In this document: positions 35,496 through 46,405 of the stretch, piece after piece | Layout of the letters: each line of letters begins with the position of its first letter | Numbering within the stretch: position 1 is the stretch's first letter | Source: an uncultured Chitinophagaceae bacterium | GTDB taxonomy: Bacteria > Bacteroidota > Bacteroidia > Chitinophagales > Chitinophagaceae | Assembly: GCA_963779595.1 (NCBI GenBank) | Contig: CAVZYY010000005.1 | Location: forward strand, 636,640 to 700,639 | Reading direction: 5' to 3' | DNA: 64,000 nt | The notes under the pieces: generated by a model | Databases searched by the model: none | What the model was told of the DNA's origin: nothing | What the model saw: only the letters and a program-made list of their open reading frames with translations | Program-made: the position numbers and the translations under genes

Positions 35496-38398
35496 GCGCT
35501 GCGTACAATCGTTTTATTACCACATCTGCCGCGCTGTTAATTTTTGTACAGGCTTTCACCCAGTTACCAGGCTATAAATATTTTAAATTAGAGAAAGATA
35601 ATAAGCAGGTAAAAATAAACACCTTGTATAAAAATAAGCAGGGATACATCTTTGCAGGTACGGACAATGGTGTTTATAAATTTGACGGGGAAAAATATAT
35701 CAGCATCCATTTTGAAAATCCTGACTACAATGATACCGCTACTGCGATATTCCAGGATAGCAGGGATAGGACCTGGGTCGGTTTTAAAAACGGGCGCATT
35801 GCCAACCTGGTAAATAAAAAACTGGTTTACTTCAACCCGGAAGAAGGAACTCCCAAAAAAAAGATCACCGCTTTTTTGGAAGATAAAGAAAAAAATCTCT
35901 GGTTTTCCACCAACGGGGAAGGTATTTATTGTTTAAAGAACGGGCGGCTTTACCTGTTGAATACAGATGACGGACTCAGTGATGGTAATGTGAGCTCAAT
36001 GGTATTAACCGGCAATGACGAAGTGCTTGCAGGGACAGACCAGGGAATCAATATCTGTAGTTTTAAGAACGGCAAAAAAAAGATAACGGTGATAGGGCCA
36101 CGCCAGGGCCTCCCGGATTATATTGTAACATCAATCTCCACTGCCGGTAACAATCAATACTGGATAGGGCTGCAGGATAAGGGCTTTTGCCTGTACGATC
36201 ATAATAATAAAACCATCACTATACCAACTCCCGCAGCAGCCTGGAATTATGGACAGGTAAATTCGCTTTTGGCAGCGCAGGGCATACTTTGGCTGGCCAC
36301 AGAGCGTAATGGGCTGTATAAATATTCAATTGAAAGGAATAGCCTTGATACCGTGCCGCAGTTAATTGTTGGCCAAACCATCAATGACCTGGTAGAGGAC
36401 CTGCAGGGAAATATATGGTTGTCTTCTGCTACATACAGCCTGGTTCGTACGCCAGGCGAAACACTGACACTGAGACCGATCCCGGACCCCCCGGTTTTTG
36501 AACATGTCCATGCTATCCTCTGTGATAAACACGGTGATATCTGGCTGAATGATGAAATGAATGTGCTTAGAAGGATCAGTTTTAAAAACGGCACTGTAAC
36601 TGAGCAAAAGATCCATTTGCCGGGCATCAACGAGCGCATAGATATCACTTCTTTATACCAGGACAGCTATGAGAACATATGGGTTGGTACAATGGGAAAA
36701 GGATTGTTCATAATAGATCCTTACACGTTAAAGCACCGGTCATTTACCGAGAACAGCATTTTCGTTGATGCAGGCATCCTTTCTATCAATGGCAGTCAAA
36801 ATACGATTTACTCAAGTAGTCTTGAGGGTTCAATGCTGGTTGAACTTTCTCCTGAAAATGCGGCTATTGATAAAGGGTACCATTATACGAATTACAACAA
36901 TACCAATACAGGCACAAATTATATTTACAGCATTTTCAAAGACAGCAGGAACAGGACGTGGTTTGCCACCGATGGAAAAGGATTGACCATGCTTGACCAA
37001 AAGATTTTTACCTACTATAATAATAAGGACCAGATAAAAGATGATCGCATTTATTCCGTGGCCGAGGATAAAAAAGGAAATATATGGTTCAGTACAGCCA
37101 GTGCAGGGATCTATAAATTTGATGGGAAAACATTTACCAACTATGCTGTTAAGGAAGGCCTTAGTGATCTGAATATATCTGTTTTGAAAACAGATAAAGC
37201 CGGAAATATTATCATCGTACACAAGCAGGGACTTGATATTCTGGATCCCGTTACGGGCAATATTTCTTACCTGAACGGCAACCTCGGCATTCCCCAGGTA
37301 AATGCCGAAGACATAGGAGCAGTTACAAAGGATACTTCCGGGAATATTATGGTAAGCACGAAAAATGGCATCTTAACATACGCATTTCCTGTGAACTCTC
37401 TGCAGAAACCAACAGCATTGATCGAATCTGTTCAGTTGTTTTTGAAAGACCTTGATGATGCTGCAACCAATTCATTCAGCTATGATGAAAATAATTTTAC
37501 ATTCAATTATACCGGGCTTTATTATTCAGACCCGGGCAGTGTGTATTACCAATACAAACTGGAAGGCCTTGACAGCAGCTGGGTAATAACGAAAGACAGG
37601 AGTAAAAATTTTCCAAAACTCGAACCCGGTAAATATACATTCCGTATCCAGGCCTCTCTCAATAAAAATTTTCAGCACGCAGATGAAGCCTCCTATGCAT
37701 TTGTAATAGAGCCCGCTTTTTATAATACAGCATGGTTTATCATTATTTGTGCTTTTTTACTTTGTGCTTTATTATACTGGTATGTAAGAAACAGGGAGAG
37801 AGCTTTAAAAAAGATAGAACGCCTGCGGCAGGAGAAGATCCAGTTCGAGTTCGAGGTGTTGCGCAACCAGGTAAATCCCCATTTTTTGTTCAATAGCTTC
37901 AATACACTGATCTCTACGATAGAGGAAGATCCAAAAATCGCAGTTGAATATGCTGAACAGCTTTCCGAATTTTTTCGAAACGTGGTTAACCAACGTGATA
38001 AGGATGTAGTATCGCTCAAAGATGAGATCGGTTCACTTTATTCTTATTCTTTTTTACAGCAAAAACGATATGGCAATAATTTACAGGTGCATATTGATAT
38101 TACGGAAGAACAGCAATTAGCCAATAAGATCCCACCGCTTACCCTGCAATTGCTGGTGGAAAATGCGATCAAACATAATGCTTTATCAAAAGAAACACCC
38201 CTGTTTATAACGCTCACTGTAAATGAAGAAGACTGCCTGCAGGTAAAAAATAATATGAACCCGAGGATCAACAAACAGCCGGGAGCAGGGATGGGGCTTC
38301 AGAATATCATCAACCGTTATCTTTTGTTGACCAAAAGGGCTGTTTTAGTTAAAGATGACGGTAAATATTTCACGGTTTCACTTCCATTGTTAAAATAA
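35492..38398 (+). CDS. Sensor histidine kinase (beta-propeller repeats, Y_Y_Y, LytS-type kinase)
   Basis: Repeated ED..GNIW.ST..G; YQYKLEGLD..W; LRNQVNPHFLFNSFNTL; LQLLVENAIKHN; GMGLQNI. Confidence 0.92.
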   Translation: MSAAYNRFITTSAALLIFVQAFTQLPGYKYFKLEKDNKQVKINTLYKNKQGYIFAGTDNGVYKFDGEKYISIHFENPDYNDTATAIFQDSRDRTWVGFKNGRIANLVNKKLVYFNPEEGTPKKKITAFLEDKEKNLWFSTNGEGIYCLKNGRLYLLNTDDGLSDGNVSSMVLTGNDEVLAGTDQGINICSFKNGKKKITVIGPRQGLPDYIVTSISTAGNNQYWIGLQDKGFCLYDHNNKTITIPTPAAAWNYGQVNSLLAAQGILWLATERNGLYKYSIERNSLDTVPQLIVGQTINDLVEDLQGNIWLSSATYSLVRTPGETLTLRPIPDPPVFEHVHAILCDKHGDIWLNDEMNVLRRISFKNGTVTEQKIHLPGINERIDITSLYQDSYENIWVGTMGKGLFIIDPYTLKHRSFTENSIFVDAGILSINGSQNTIYSSSLEGSMLVELSPENAAIDKGYHYTNYNNTNTGTNYIYSIFKDSRNRTWFATDGKGLTMLDQKIFTYYNNKDQIKDDRIYSVAEDKKGNIWFSTASAGIYKFDGKTFTNYAVKEGLSDLNISVLKTDKAGNIIIVHKQGLDILDPVTGNISYLNGNLGIPQVNAEDIGAVTKDTSGNIMVSTKNGILTYAFPVNSLQKPTALIESVQLFLKDLDDAATNSFSYDENNFTFNYTGLYYSDPGSVYYQYKLEGLDSSWVITKDRSKNFPKLEPGKYTFRIQASLNKNFQHADEASYAFVIEPAFYNTAWFIIICAFLLCALLYWYVRNRERALKKIERLRQEKIQFEFEVLRNQVNPHFLFNSFNTLISTIEEDPKIAVEYAEQLSEFFRNVVNQRDKDVVSLKDEIGSLYSYSFLQQKRYGNNLQVHIDITEEQQLANKIPPLTLQLLVENAIKHNALSKETPLFITLTVNEEDCLQVKNNMNPRINKQPGAGMGLQNIINRYLLLTKRAVLVKDDGKYFTVSLPLLK

Positions 38399-38402
38399 TT
38401 TT

Positions 38403-39170
38403 ATGCTAAAGATATTGATCATTGAAGACGAGGAACCAGCAGCAAAACGTTTGCTGAAAATGGTAAAGGAGATCCAGCCCGATATTGAATTGCTCGATTC
38501 TATCGTAAGTGTGTCTTCTGCGCTTAAATGGTTCCGGGAAAATGATACACCGGACCTGGTCTTCTCAGATATACAATTATCGGATGGATTGAGTTTTGAG
38601 ATCTTCAGGGAGATCAAACTGTTATGTCCCATCATATTTATCACGGCATATGACCAGTACGCCATTGACGCCTTTAAAGTAAACAGTATCGATTACCTGC
38701 TAAAGCCTATAAAAAAAGATGAGCTCCAGGCGGCTTTGTCCAAATATAAAGATCTCAAATCTTCTCATACAGTTCCGGTTCTCGACATCAATAAATTACT
38801 CCAGGCTTATGGGAATCAATCCTATAAAAAAAGATTTATTGTCAGGTACGGAGAGCATATAAAAACGATCAATACGGAGGACATCGCCTATTTTAATACA
38901 GAAGACAAGGTGAATTTCCTGACAACGAATGAAGGAAGGCGGTTTGCCATTGATTTTAACCTGGATAGCCTTGAATCGATGCTTGAACCGAAATTGTTTT
39001 TCAGGATCAACCGGCAGTTCATTGTCTCAATTAAGTCCATTTCGGAAATGTTCGCATATTCAAAAAGCAGGGTACTGATCAAATTAAAACCTGCTACAAA
39101 ACATGAGACCATTGTCAGTACGGAAAGGTCTGCAGATTTTAAAGCATGGCTTGGGGATGAGTTAGGATGA
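38403..39170 (+). CDS. LytTR family response regulator
   Basis: IIEDE, DIQLSDG, FITAYD, DYLLKP, FFRINRQFIV. Confidence 0.95.
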   Translation: MLKILIIEDEEPAAKRLLKMVKEIQPDIELLDSIVSVSSALKWFRENDTPDLVFSDIQLSDGLSFEIFREIKLLCPIIFITAYDQYAIDAFKVNSIDYLLKPIKKDELQAALSKYKDLKSSHTVPVLDINKLLQAYGNQSYKKRFIVRYGEHIKTINTEDIAYFNTEDKVNFLTTNEGRRFAIDFNLDSLESMLEPKLFFRINRQFIVSIKSISEMFAYSKSRVLIKLKPATKHETIVSTERSADFKAWLGDELG

Positions 39171-39493
39171 AAAATGCTTATTCAGCAATAAAAATTACCT
39201 GGTCAGCATATTTTTCTTTTTTTGATATTTTGTACTGCTCATCTTTGTTTCACAAAATAGTCCTGCTTTAAGATTGATATTTTTCCTAAGACGACCATCC
39301 GAACCCTGAGATATTAGCTTTGTTTCACGCAGTTTTGTATTTGAGCCGTAACCAAAAGGGTTGCGGCTTTTTTTGTTGTCACATAATCCGCTGACGCTTG
39401 CTTCTTAGCAGGATTTTGCTTATTTTTAAAAGAAGGCAACCTTTTAGGACCATTGCCCGTATTCATTGCTAAAACTGTAAACGAAAGATTGGC

Positions 39494-40066
39494 TTGAAGT
39501 TTCTGGACGAAATAATCACCGGGTGCCGGGAGAATAATCATAGAGATCAAAAAACGCTCTATGAGCGGTACTATGGATATTGCCTAAAAATCGTGTTCCG
39601 CTACATTTACAGGTACGACAAAGCGACGGATGTGGTGAATGATGGTTTTGTGAAGGTCTTTGGCAAACTGCATACTTTTCACTACGATCAGTCAAGCAAA
39701 ATTGAAATGATCCTCATGGGCTGGATGAGAACAATTATGATCAATACAGCAATCGACAGGCTTAGAAAAGATAATTTTCTCCCGGAGATCGGGATCATTA
39801 ATGAAGGGATCTGGGTAGAAGATAAATCCCAGTCCTCTGATCAGTCTCTTTTATATAAAGACCTGATAAACGAAGTAAAAAAACTACCACCAACGTATAG
39901 GATTGTTTTCAATATGTATGTGATTGACGGATTTACCCACCAGGAAATTGCCAACCAGCTAAAAATTGCAGTCGGAACTTCCAAATCAAATCTCTCAAAA
40001 GCACGCGGTTTATTACAGTCTTATTTGAAAAAAACTGACGTGAAAAAATATGCTACATATGAATGA
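39494..40066 (+). CDS. ECF RNA polymerase sigma-70 factor
   Basis: DVVNDGFVKVF, WMRTIMINTAID, LPPTYRIVFNMYVIDGFTHQEIA..GTSKSNLSKAR. Confidence 0.93.
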   Translation: MKFLDEIITGCRENNHRDQKTLYERYYGYCLKIVFRYIYRYDKATDVVNDGFVKVFGKLHTFHYDQSSKIEMILMGWMRTIMINTAIDRLRKDNFLPEIGIINEGIWVEDKSQSSDQSLLYKDLINEVKKLPPTYRIVFNMYVIDGFTHQEIANQLKIAVGTSKSNLSKARGLLQSYLKKTDVKKYATYE

Positions 40067-41399
40067 CGATAGGGAAGAAGTGTTTCGCAGGGCAGCAGAA
40101 AATTATCCGCTAAAAACAGATAATCCTGATTGGGAAGCTGTCCTTAGAAAAAAGAAGGAAGATGATTCTGCCGCTGCAACAACTGTCACCAAAAAAAGAA
40201 ATTACCGGGCGCTGATATTATTGTTATTGCTCCTCTCATTCATTGGAGTGGAATACCGCTATTCGTTCGTTCAAAACCTGTTTGGAAAAAAGGAAGCGAC
40301 GGCTACAGCCGCTATCAGGAAAGTTCAGCAGCCAGGTTCTGTAACCCCCACAACTAATTCCGCTATTGAACCAGTGAACAAACCTGCCGTTTCAACAGAA
40401 ACCAAGGGGGAAAGGAATAATGTTTCAGCAGCAGGAACTACCAGTTCTCAAAAAATTACTACCAGTACTCAAACCCCGAATGTTATTGTTTCTGCGGGTA
40501 TTCCTGTCAATGAAAACAAGGGCTCAAAAGGTAAAAGGACTCATTCTTCAAGGAAACGTTTAGCAGTAAACATTACCAATGCAACAGCAACTGACGATGG
40601 ACAAAATGTTACTGAAGAAATTGCTTCCATAGATAAAAATACAGAACCGGTTAAGGGTGTCGATACTGACAATATCACGGTGAAGGATGTCCCGGATCAC
40701 CTGTATGAAAAAAAGCAAGCGGAAGAAATTAAACAAAAGATCCCAGGTGAGCCTTTGAAAGCAACTGAGCAGCCTTCAACAAAAGAGGATCCTAAACCTA
40801 AAAAACCTGCAAAACGCTTTTATGCGGGTTTGATAGCCGGTCCTGATATCAGTGCGATCAAATTACAATCCGTTAAAAAGGTCGGGCTGAATGCAGGATT
40901 AATTGTTGGCTATAAACTCAACAGCAGGTGGAGCATTGAATCAGGCCTTTTAAAGGACAAGAAATTCTATAGCAGTGAAGGCCAGTATTTCAGTACAAAA
41001 AAGATCAGGCTGCCCAACTATGCAAAAATTGAATATGTGAAAGGAGAATGCAACATGTGGGAATTGCCGCTGAACATTACCTATAGTTTTGCCAGGAGGG
41101 AAAATTCATCCTGGTTCGGTGCCGCTGGTTTTTCTTCCTATTTTATGAAGAACGAAGCCTATGTTTTTGATATGAATTACAACGGAACGCAATATCCCCG
41201 TGCTTTTGATTATAAAAATCCATCTACACAGTTCCTTGCAGTTATTAATATCAGTGCCGGCTATACGCACAAACTGGGAAAGATCGGAGACCTGAGAATA
41301 GAGCCTTACCTGAAATTACCGGTGAATAAGATTGGCACCGGCGACCTGCCCATTCAAAGCGGGGGTATTTTGATCGGGTTAACGAGGGGATTATTCTGA
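40050..41399 (+). CDS. Putative anti-sigma-like protein: N-terminal TM, disordered linker, PorT-like beta-barrel
   Basis: Overlaps sigma gene; TM ALILLLLLLSFIGV; WSIESGLL, WELPLNITY, LRIEPYLKLP. Confidence 0.7.
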   Translation: MLHMNDDREEVFRRAAENYPLKTDNPDWEAVLRKKKEDDSAAATTVTKKRNYRALILLLLLLSFIGVEYRYSFVQNLFGKKEATATAAIRKVQQPGSVTPTTNSAIEPVNKPAVSTETKGERNNVSAAGTTSSQKITTSTQTPNVIVSAGIPVNENKGSKGKRTHSSRKRLAVNITNATATDDGQNVTEEIASIDKNTEPVKGVDTDNITVKDVPDHLYEKKQAEEIKQKIPGEPLKATEQPSTKEDPKPKKPAKRFYAGLIAGPDISAIKLQSVKKVGLNAGLIVGYKLNSRWSIESGLLKDKKFYSSEGQYFSTKKIRLPNYAKIEYVKGECNMWELPLNITYSFARRENSSWFGAAGFSSYFMKNEAYVFDMNYNGTQYPRAFDYKNPSTQFLAVINISAGYTHKLGKIGDLRIEPYLKLPVNKIGTGDLPIQSGGILIGLTRGLF

Positions 41400-41472
41400 A
41401 AATTTATCTTATCTTAATACGGCAGGATCTTTTAGTTTTCAACCTTATATACAGGCCCGGTAGAACCCATCT

Positions 41473-42330
41473 ATGAATGAGTATGCTCATACCCCCCTCA
41501 TTACCGTTGTGATCCCCACTTATAACCGCATGCCTTATATCATCGAAGCCATTGATTCGGTGATCGCACAAACATATTCAAATTGGGAGTTGTTTGTCGT
41601 TGATGATGGATCAATGGATGAAACAGTTACTGCCGTGAACGCCATTCATGATTCCCGGGTCAATCTGATCCAGTTAAAGCATGAAGGCGGTATCGGCGCT
41701 CTAAGAAATACAGGTGCGCAAAAAGGCAGGGGCGAATGGATCTGTTTCCTTGATTCTGATGATACCTGGACATCTAATAAACTTGAGCTGCAGTTAAAAG
41801 CATTACAGCAGTCGCAGCTCGAATGCTGCTATGGTAATTTCGAACTGATGAATGAAAAAGGCCAAACCATACCGGTAAGATCAGGCAAGTTCATTCCCTT
41901 TTCCGGCAGCATCATCAAAGAAGTATTGACAACAAAAGCTGCTATCAGCACGGGTGCGCTTATGTTAAGCCGTGAGTTGTTTAATAAAGTGGGTGGCTTT
42001 AATACAGACCCCGGACTTATGGACCGGGATGATTATGAACTGGTGTTAAGACTTGCATTGCATGCAGAAATGATCGCCATTCCGGATGTATTACTCCGGA
42101 TCCGGGAGCATGAAGGCCGGGGAACAAGATCGGTAACGGTAGCTGAAGCGCATGCACGAAGCGCCATTCCATACGAAATATTTATTAAGAACAGGCCTGC
42201 AAAGGAACTTTTAAAAATAGCACGAAAACAATACGAACAACATATGACCGTAGCCGCCAAAACGAATTTCAGGTCCGGCAAATACGGGCTTGCTTTTCAA
42301 CAAATAAAAAAAGGGCTCCTGGGCCCGTAA
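41473..42330 (+). CDS. Glycosyltransferase family 2
   Basis: VVIPTYNR, VVDDGS.D, RNTG, FLDSDD. Confidence 0.93.
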   Translation: MNEYAHTPLITVVIPTYNRMPYIIEAIDSVIAQTYSNWELFVVDDGSMDETVTAVNAIHDSRVNLIQLKHEGGIGALRNTGAQKGRGEWICFLDSDDTWTSNKLELQLKALQQSQLECCYGNFELMNEKGQTIPVRSGKFIPFSGSIIKEVLTTKAAISTGALMLSRELFNKVGGFNTDPGLMDRDDYELVLRLALHAEMIAIPDVLLRIREHEGRGTRSVTVAEAHARSAIPYEIFIKNRPAKELLKIARKQYEQHMTVAAKTNFRSGKYGLAFQQIKKGLLGP

Positions 42331-42397
42331 TTTTTCGGGGAAAATAGAACCGGTATTTCATGAATGTTACTGGTGAAGGCTGTATTTTTAAGAACGC

Positions 42398-44056
42398 ATG
42401 AAGCAAATTTTAAAAGATATCTTTTTAATTCTTACGAAGAAGGAGAAGCGCCGCTTTATAAATCTTGCTGTACTCGATGTTATTGTCAGTGTGCTTGACA
42501 TTTCTTTCCTGGTTTTATTGCTTTTGATCGTTGACTTTTATTCACAGCCAAATCATCCCGCACAGTATGCCGGTTTTTCGGTTGAGTTGTTTGCAAAATT
42601 TCCCCTCTTACCTATATTCTTTTTTTTTCTGTTGTTTAGCATCAAGAACCTTTTTGCATTTATGGTCTTTCGCATGCAATACCATTTTGTATTTGACGTG
42701 GCTTCGAGAATATCAAAAAGCAGGCTGTTGAATTACCTGCAAGGAAAATATACTGATTATGTTCAGATAGATTCTGCCGTACAAATGCGGGGCATCAGCC
42801 AGCAACCACTTGAATTCTGCAATTATATAGTAAGAGGTGTTCAACAGGTCATCAGCCAGGTGATCCTGATCATCCTTACCATTATCCCGATCATTGTTTA
42901 CAATGCCAGGCTGTTCCCTTTACTTCTTTTAATACTGGTTCCACCCGTTTTTTTGGTGGGATTCATGATGAAGAAGCGTTTAAACGCGGTGCGGGTATCT
43001 GTCAAAACAACCAGTGAGCGATCCTGGCAACATATGAAAGAGGCCCTGGCCGGGTTTGTCGAAAGCAATGTATATGAAAAAAATAATTTCTTTGTAGACA
43101 GGTATCACCGGTTCCAGGCAAAACTAAATCATTACCTGGCCGAACAACAGACGATTCAAAACCTGCCGCCAAGACTAATCGAGGTATTTGCGGTTTTTGG
43201 TTTATTCATTCTTATTATTATCAATGCGCAGGGCAGCAATTCAACGGGACTTGATATTATAACGATCGGTGCATTCGTTGCAGCAGCCTATAAGATCATT
43301 CCCGGCATTGTAAAGATCCTGAACAGCATGGGGCAGATAAAAACATATTCGTTTACACTTGCCGGTTTGATTGAAAATAAAAATACTCCGGCAAAAGAAA
43401 CCGACGACAAAATTCCTATTGCATCTATCCAGTTTGATTATGTTTTTTTTAAGTATGAACAGGAATCTATTCTCAATGATTTCTCTTTAAAGATCGATGC
43501 GGGCGATTTTGTAGGGATTGCCGGCCCTTCCGGAAGTGGAAAATCAACACTGGTAAACCTGCTGCTTGGTTTTATAAACCCTGACAGGGGCGACATTAAA
43601 ATAAACGGGTTGTCAACATCAGCCTCAGATCGCCACCAATACTGGAGTAACATTTCTTATATAAAGCAACAATCATTCTTAATTCATGACAGTATTTTAA
43701 GAAACATTACGCTGGATGAAGGAGAACCTGATGCTGAGAAACTCAAACGTATTATGGAGATCACCGGTGTTGATGAACTGATGAATAAGGCTGACAGCAA
43801 TATCCATACGGTCATCACGGAAGAAGGTAAAAATTTAAGCGGCGGCCAACGCCAGCGGATCATTCTTGCAAGAGCGCTGTATAAATATTTTGATACGATC
43901 ATTTTGGATGAACCATTTAATGAACTGGATGAAGAAGCAGAATCGAAATTATTGGAATATTTAAAAACAATTTCTGCTGATGGCAAAACTGTGATACTTA
44001 TAACCCACAATAAAGAAGGCCTTTCTTTTTGCAATAAGAAAATAGAGATGGCATGA
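42398..44056 (+). CDS. ABC transporter permease/ATPase (MsbA/PglK-like, possible glycolipid flippase)
   Basis: TM domain; GPSGSGKST, LSGGQRQR, ILDEP, ITH. Confidence 0.9.
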   Translation: MKQILKDIFLILTKKEKRRFINLAVLDVIVSVLDISFLVLLLLIVDFYSQPNHPAQYAGFSVELFAKFPLLPIFFFFLLFSIKNLFAFMVFRMQYHFVFDVASRISKSRLLNYLQGKYTDYVQIDSAVQMRGISQQPLEFCNYIVRGVQQVISQVILIILTIIPIIVYNARLFPLLLLILVPPVFLVGFMMKKRLNAVRVSVKTTSERSWQHMKEALAGFVESNVYEKNNFFVDRYHRFQAKLNHYLAEQQTIQNLPPRLIEVFAVFGLFILIIINAQGSNSTGLDIITIGAFVAAAYKIIPGIVKILNSMGQIKTYSFTLAGLIENKNTPAKETDDKIPIASIQFDYVFFKYEQESILNDFSLKIDAGDFVGIAGPSGSGKSTLVNLLLGFINPDRGDIKINGLSTSASDRHQYWSNISYIKQQSFLIHDSILRNITLDEGEPDAEKLKRIMEITGVDELMNKADSNIHTVITEEGKNLSGGQRQRIILARALYKYFDTIILDEPFNELDEEAESKLLEYLKTISADGKTVILITHNKEGLSFCNKKIEMA

Positions 44057-45111
44057 GCAACGCGAATAAAACACTGATCATTCTTGCACCCGGCTTTCCA
44101 AAGGATGAAGCAGATTCTACCTGCCTGCCTTTTCTGCAAAATTTTGTGTTAGAAGTAAACGGGCAATTTCCCTTGCTGAAACTGGTCATACTGGCTTTTG
44201 ATTATCCCTTCAAAGCAACTTCTTATCAATGGAATAAAAATGAAGTGATCCCTTTTAACGGCTGGAAGAAAAGGAATATTTCAAAGCTATTTAAATGGCT
44301 ATATATCTGGCGAACCATGAAAAAGATCCGGCGCAGCGACCAGGTCGTTGGGATCCTCAGTTTATGGTGTAATGAATGCGCCTTGCTGGGCAACCGTTTC
44401 GCGAAAAGAAATAAGCTCGATCATTATTGCTGGATACAGGGACAGGATGCAAAAAAAGAGAACCATTATGTGAAACGGATTAAGCCAACAGCCACTGAAC
44501 TGATCGCCCTTTCTGATTTCATTCAGAATGAATTTGAAAAAAATCACAGCATACGACCAACGCATATGATCCCTATTGGTATCAGGCCGTCTGAATTTTC
44601 AACAGAAAATATTGTGAGAGATATTGATATCCTCGGGGTAGGTTCGCTCATCCCCCTGAAGCGATATGAATTGTTCATAGAAGTTATTGATAGTATCCAA
44701 AAACAATTTCGGGATATTAAGGTATTGCTATGTGGTAAAGGCCCCGAAGAACCAACATTAAAATCATTGATTGAAAAATATGGTTTGCAAAAAAATATTG
44801 AACTGGTTGGCGAATTGCCACATCCACAAATTTTAATGCAAATGAAACGAAGCAAGGTTTTTTTGCATACTTCAAATTATGAAGGATTGGGTGTTGTCTG
44901 CATTGAAGCATTGTATGCCGGTTGCCATGTGATAAGCTTTGTACAACCCATGAATGCTGATATAGAACAATGGCATATTGTACAAACAAAGGAGGCTATG
45001 ACAGAAAAAACAATGACTATTTTAAATGATCCTCCTATTCAATACCGATCCGTTTTGACTTTTACGATGCAGGACACTGCAAGAAAGATCATGCAGCTCT
45101 ACGGGTTATAA
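44053..45111 (+). CDS. Glycosyltransferase family 4
   Basis: VGSLIPLK, CGKGPE, EGLGVVCIEA. Confidence 0.9.
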   Translation: MSNANKTLIILAPGFPKDEADSTCLPFLQNFVLEVNGQFPLLKLVILAFDYPFKATSYQWNKNEVIPFNGWKKRNISKLFKWLYIWRTMKKIRRSDQVVGILSLWCNECALLGNRFAKRNKLDHYCWIQGQDAKKENHYVKRIKPTATELIALSDFIQNEFEKNHSIRPTHMIPIGIRPSEFSTENIVRDIDILGVGSLIPLKRYELFIEVIDSIQKQFRDIKVLLCGKGPEEPTLKSLIEKYGLQKNIELVGELPHPQILMQMKRSKVFLHTSNYEGLGVVCIEALYAGCHVISFVQPMNADIEQWHIVQTKEAMTEKTMTILNDPPIQYRSVLTFTMQDTARKIMQLYGL

Positions 45112-46197
45112 GGAAGCGAGTAGTTGTTGAAACTTAGCTGCAATGGCTTCAAATGAAAGCTCCGTTTTAAAATGATGCAAAGCCTCATTTCTCTTCTCTT
45201 CCACATTTAATTGCATGGCGTGCTGCAGCGATGAAAAAAGGGATTGTTCATTCCCGGGTTCAAATAATAAACCGCAATTGCCATTGATCATCCTGAAAGA
45301 AGGGATATTGCTAACGATGGGAATACAGCCACAACTCATGGCTTCACATAAAGCAGTACCACTTCCCTCATAATGTGAGGCTGAAAGAAAGAAATCAGCG
45401 CTGTTATACCAATATAATAATTCACTGTGTTGAATTTTTCCTATAAGCATCACCGGATTGTTACCCACTTTTTCCACAAACAGTTTATTTATTTCCGGAA
45501 GCAGGTCAGCGGTATGATAGATCATATAAAGCCTTGCTGCAGGCTCCATCTCTGTAAATTTCAAGAAAGCTTTTATCGCTGTCAGCGGATCTTTGTTTTG
45601 ATTAAGCCGTCCCACCCATAAAAAAACCGTCGAGCCAGCTATTTGGGTTTTCTGTTTCGCAGTTTCTTTAACTATAGGATGGAATACAGAACTGCCCCCC
45701 ACTATCTCAAATAATTTTATTCCCGGGTGAAGGTTTCCTTTTTGCACCCATTCGGTACCAATATCCTTTGAGGCAAAAATACCGGCATCGATCCTCCGGC
45801 TGGCCATTTGCTGTACCCTTTTTTTTATCCCTGTAAATGGTTTTTCTGCATGATGCTGAACGATCAGCTTCACTTTATTTCCCATGCTATGGCGCAACTG
45901 GATCAATTGTAGAGGGAAAAGAAAACTGCTTACCACGACAACATCCGGCTGCAGACTTTTTACAAATCCATGAAGCTTTTTGGGGAAATAATTTTTTTTC
46001 CTGCCATCATTCACGCAATAATATTGAACATCATTGTGTGTAAAATCTCCTTCATAATTCACCTGGTCTACACGAATAACGGTATGTTCTTTCGCCAGGC
46101 ATTCGAGCCAGCCCACATAAAATTTTATTCTATCGATCCACTCCTTTGGGGAATGAATGTCGGGAGAATAATTATAACTTAAAAAAACGATCCGCAT
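45106..46197 (-). CDS. Glycosyltransferase family 4
   Basis: WVGRLNQNKDP, EGSGTALCEAMSCG. Confidence 0.9.
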   Translation of the reverse strand: MRIVFLSYNYSPDIHSPKEWIDRIKFYVGWLECLAKEHTVIRVDQVNYEGDFTHNDVQYYCVNDGRKKNYFPKKLHGFVKSLQPDVVVVSSFLFPLQLIQLRHSMGNKVKLIVQHHAEKPFTGIKKRVQQMASRRIDAGIFASKDIGTEWVQKGNLHPGIKLFEIVGGSSVFHPIVKETAKQKTQIAGSTVFLWVGRLNQNKDPLTAIKAFLKFTEMEPAARLYMIYHTADLLPEINKLFVEKVGNNPVMLIGKIQHSELLYWYNSADFFLSASHYEGSGTALCEAMSCGCIPIVSNIPSFRMINGNCGLLFEPGNEQSLFSSLQHAMQLNVEEKRNEALHHFKTELSFEAIAAKFQQLLASL

Positions 46198-46204
46198 AAT
46201 TATA

Positions 46205-46348
46205 CGAAATTAAGTAGTGTGCCACTTTGGAAATTCATAAAGCGATTTGTCAGGTTGAGCTTGTCGAAACCGGCATAACTTAGTACACAAACCGCCTTCG
46301 ACAAGCTCAGGCTGACAGTTTTTTAAAATGAGACACTACCCGAAATTA
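46205..46348. mobile_element. 128-bp MITE-like element (46213-46340) with imperfect TIRs, 8-bp target duplication and internal REP pair
   Basis: cgaaatta|agtagtgtgccactttggaaa ... ttttaaaatgagacactacc|cgaaatta; internal tgtcaggttgagcttgtcgaa / cttcgacaagctcaggctgaca. Confidence 0.7.
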
Positions 46349-46405
46349 AGAACACAACAATATATACCTATAATTGGATACTTTTATAATGCATAACCAG
46401 GAACA

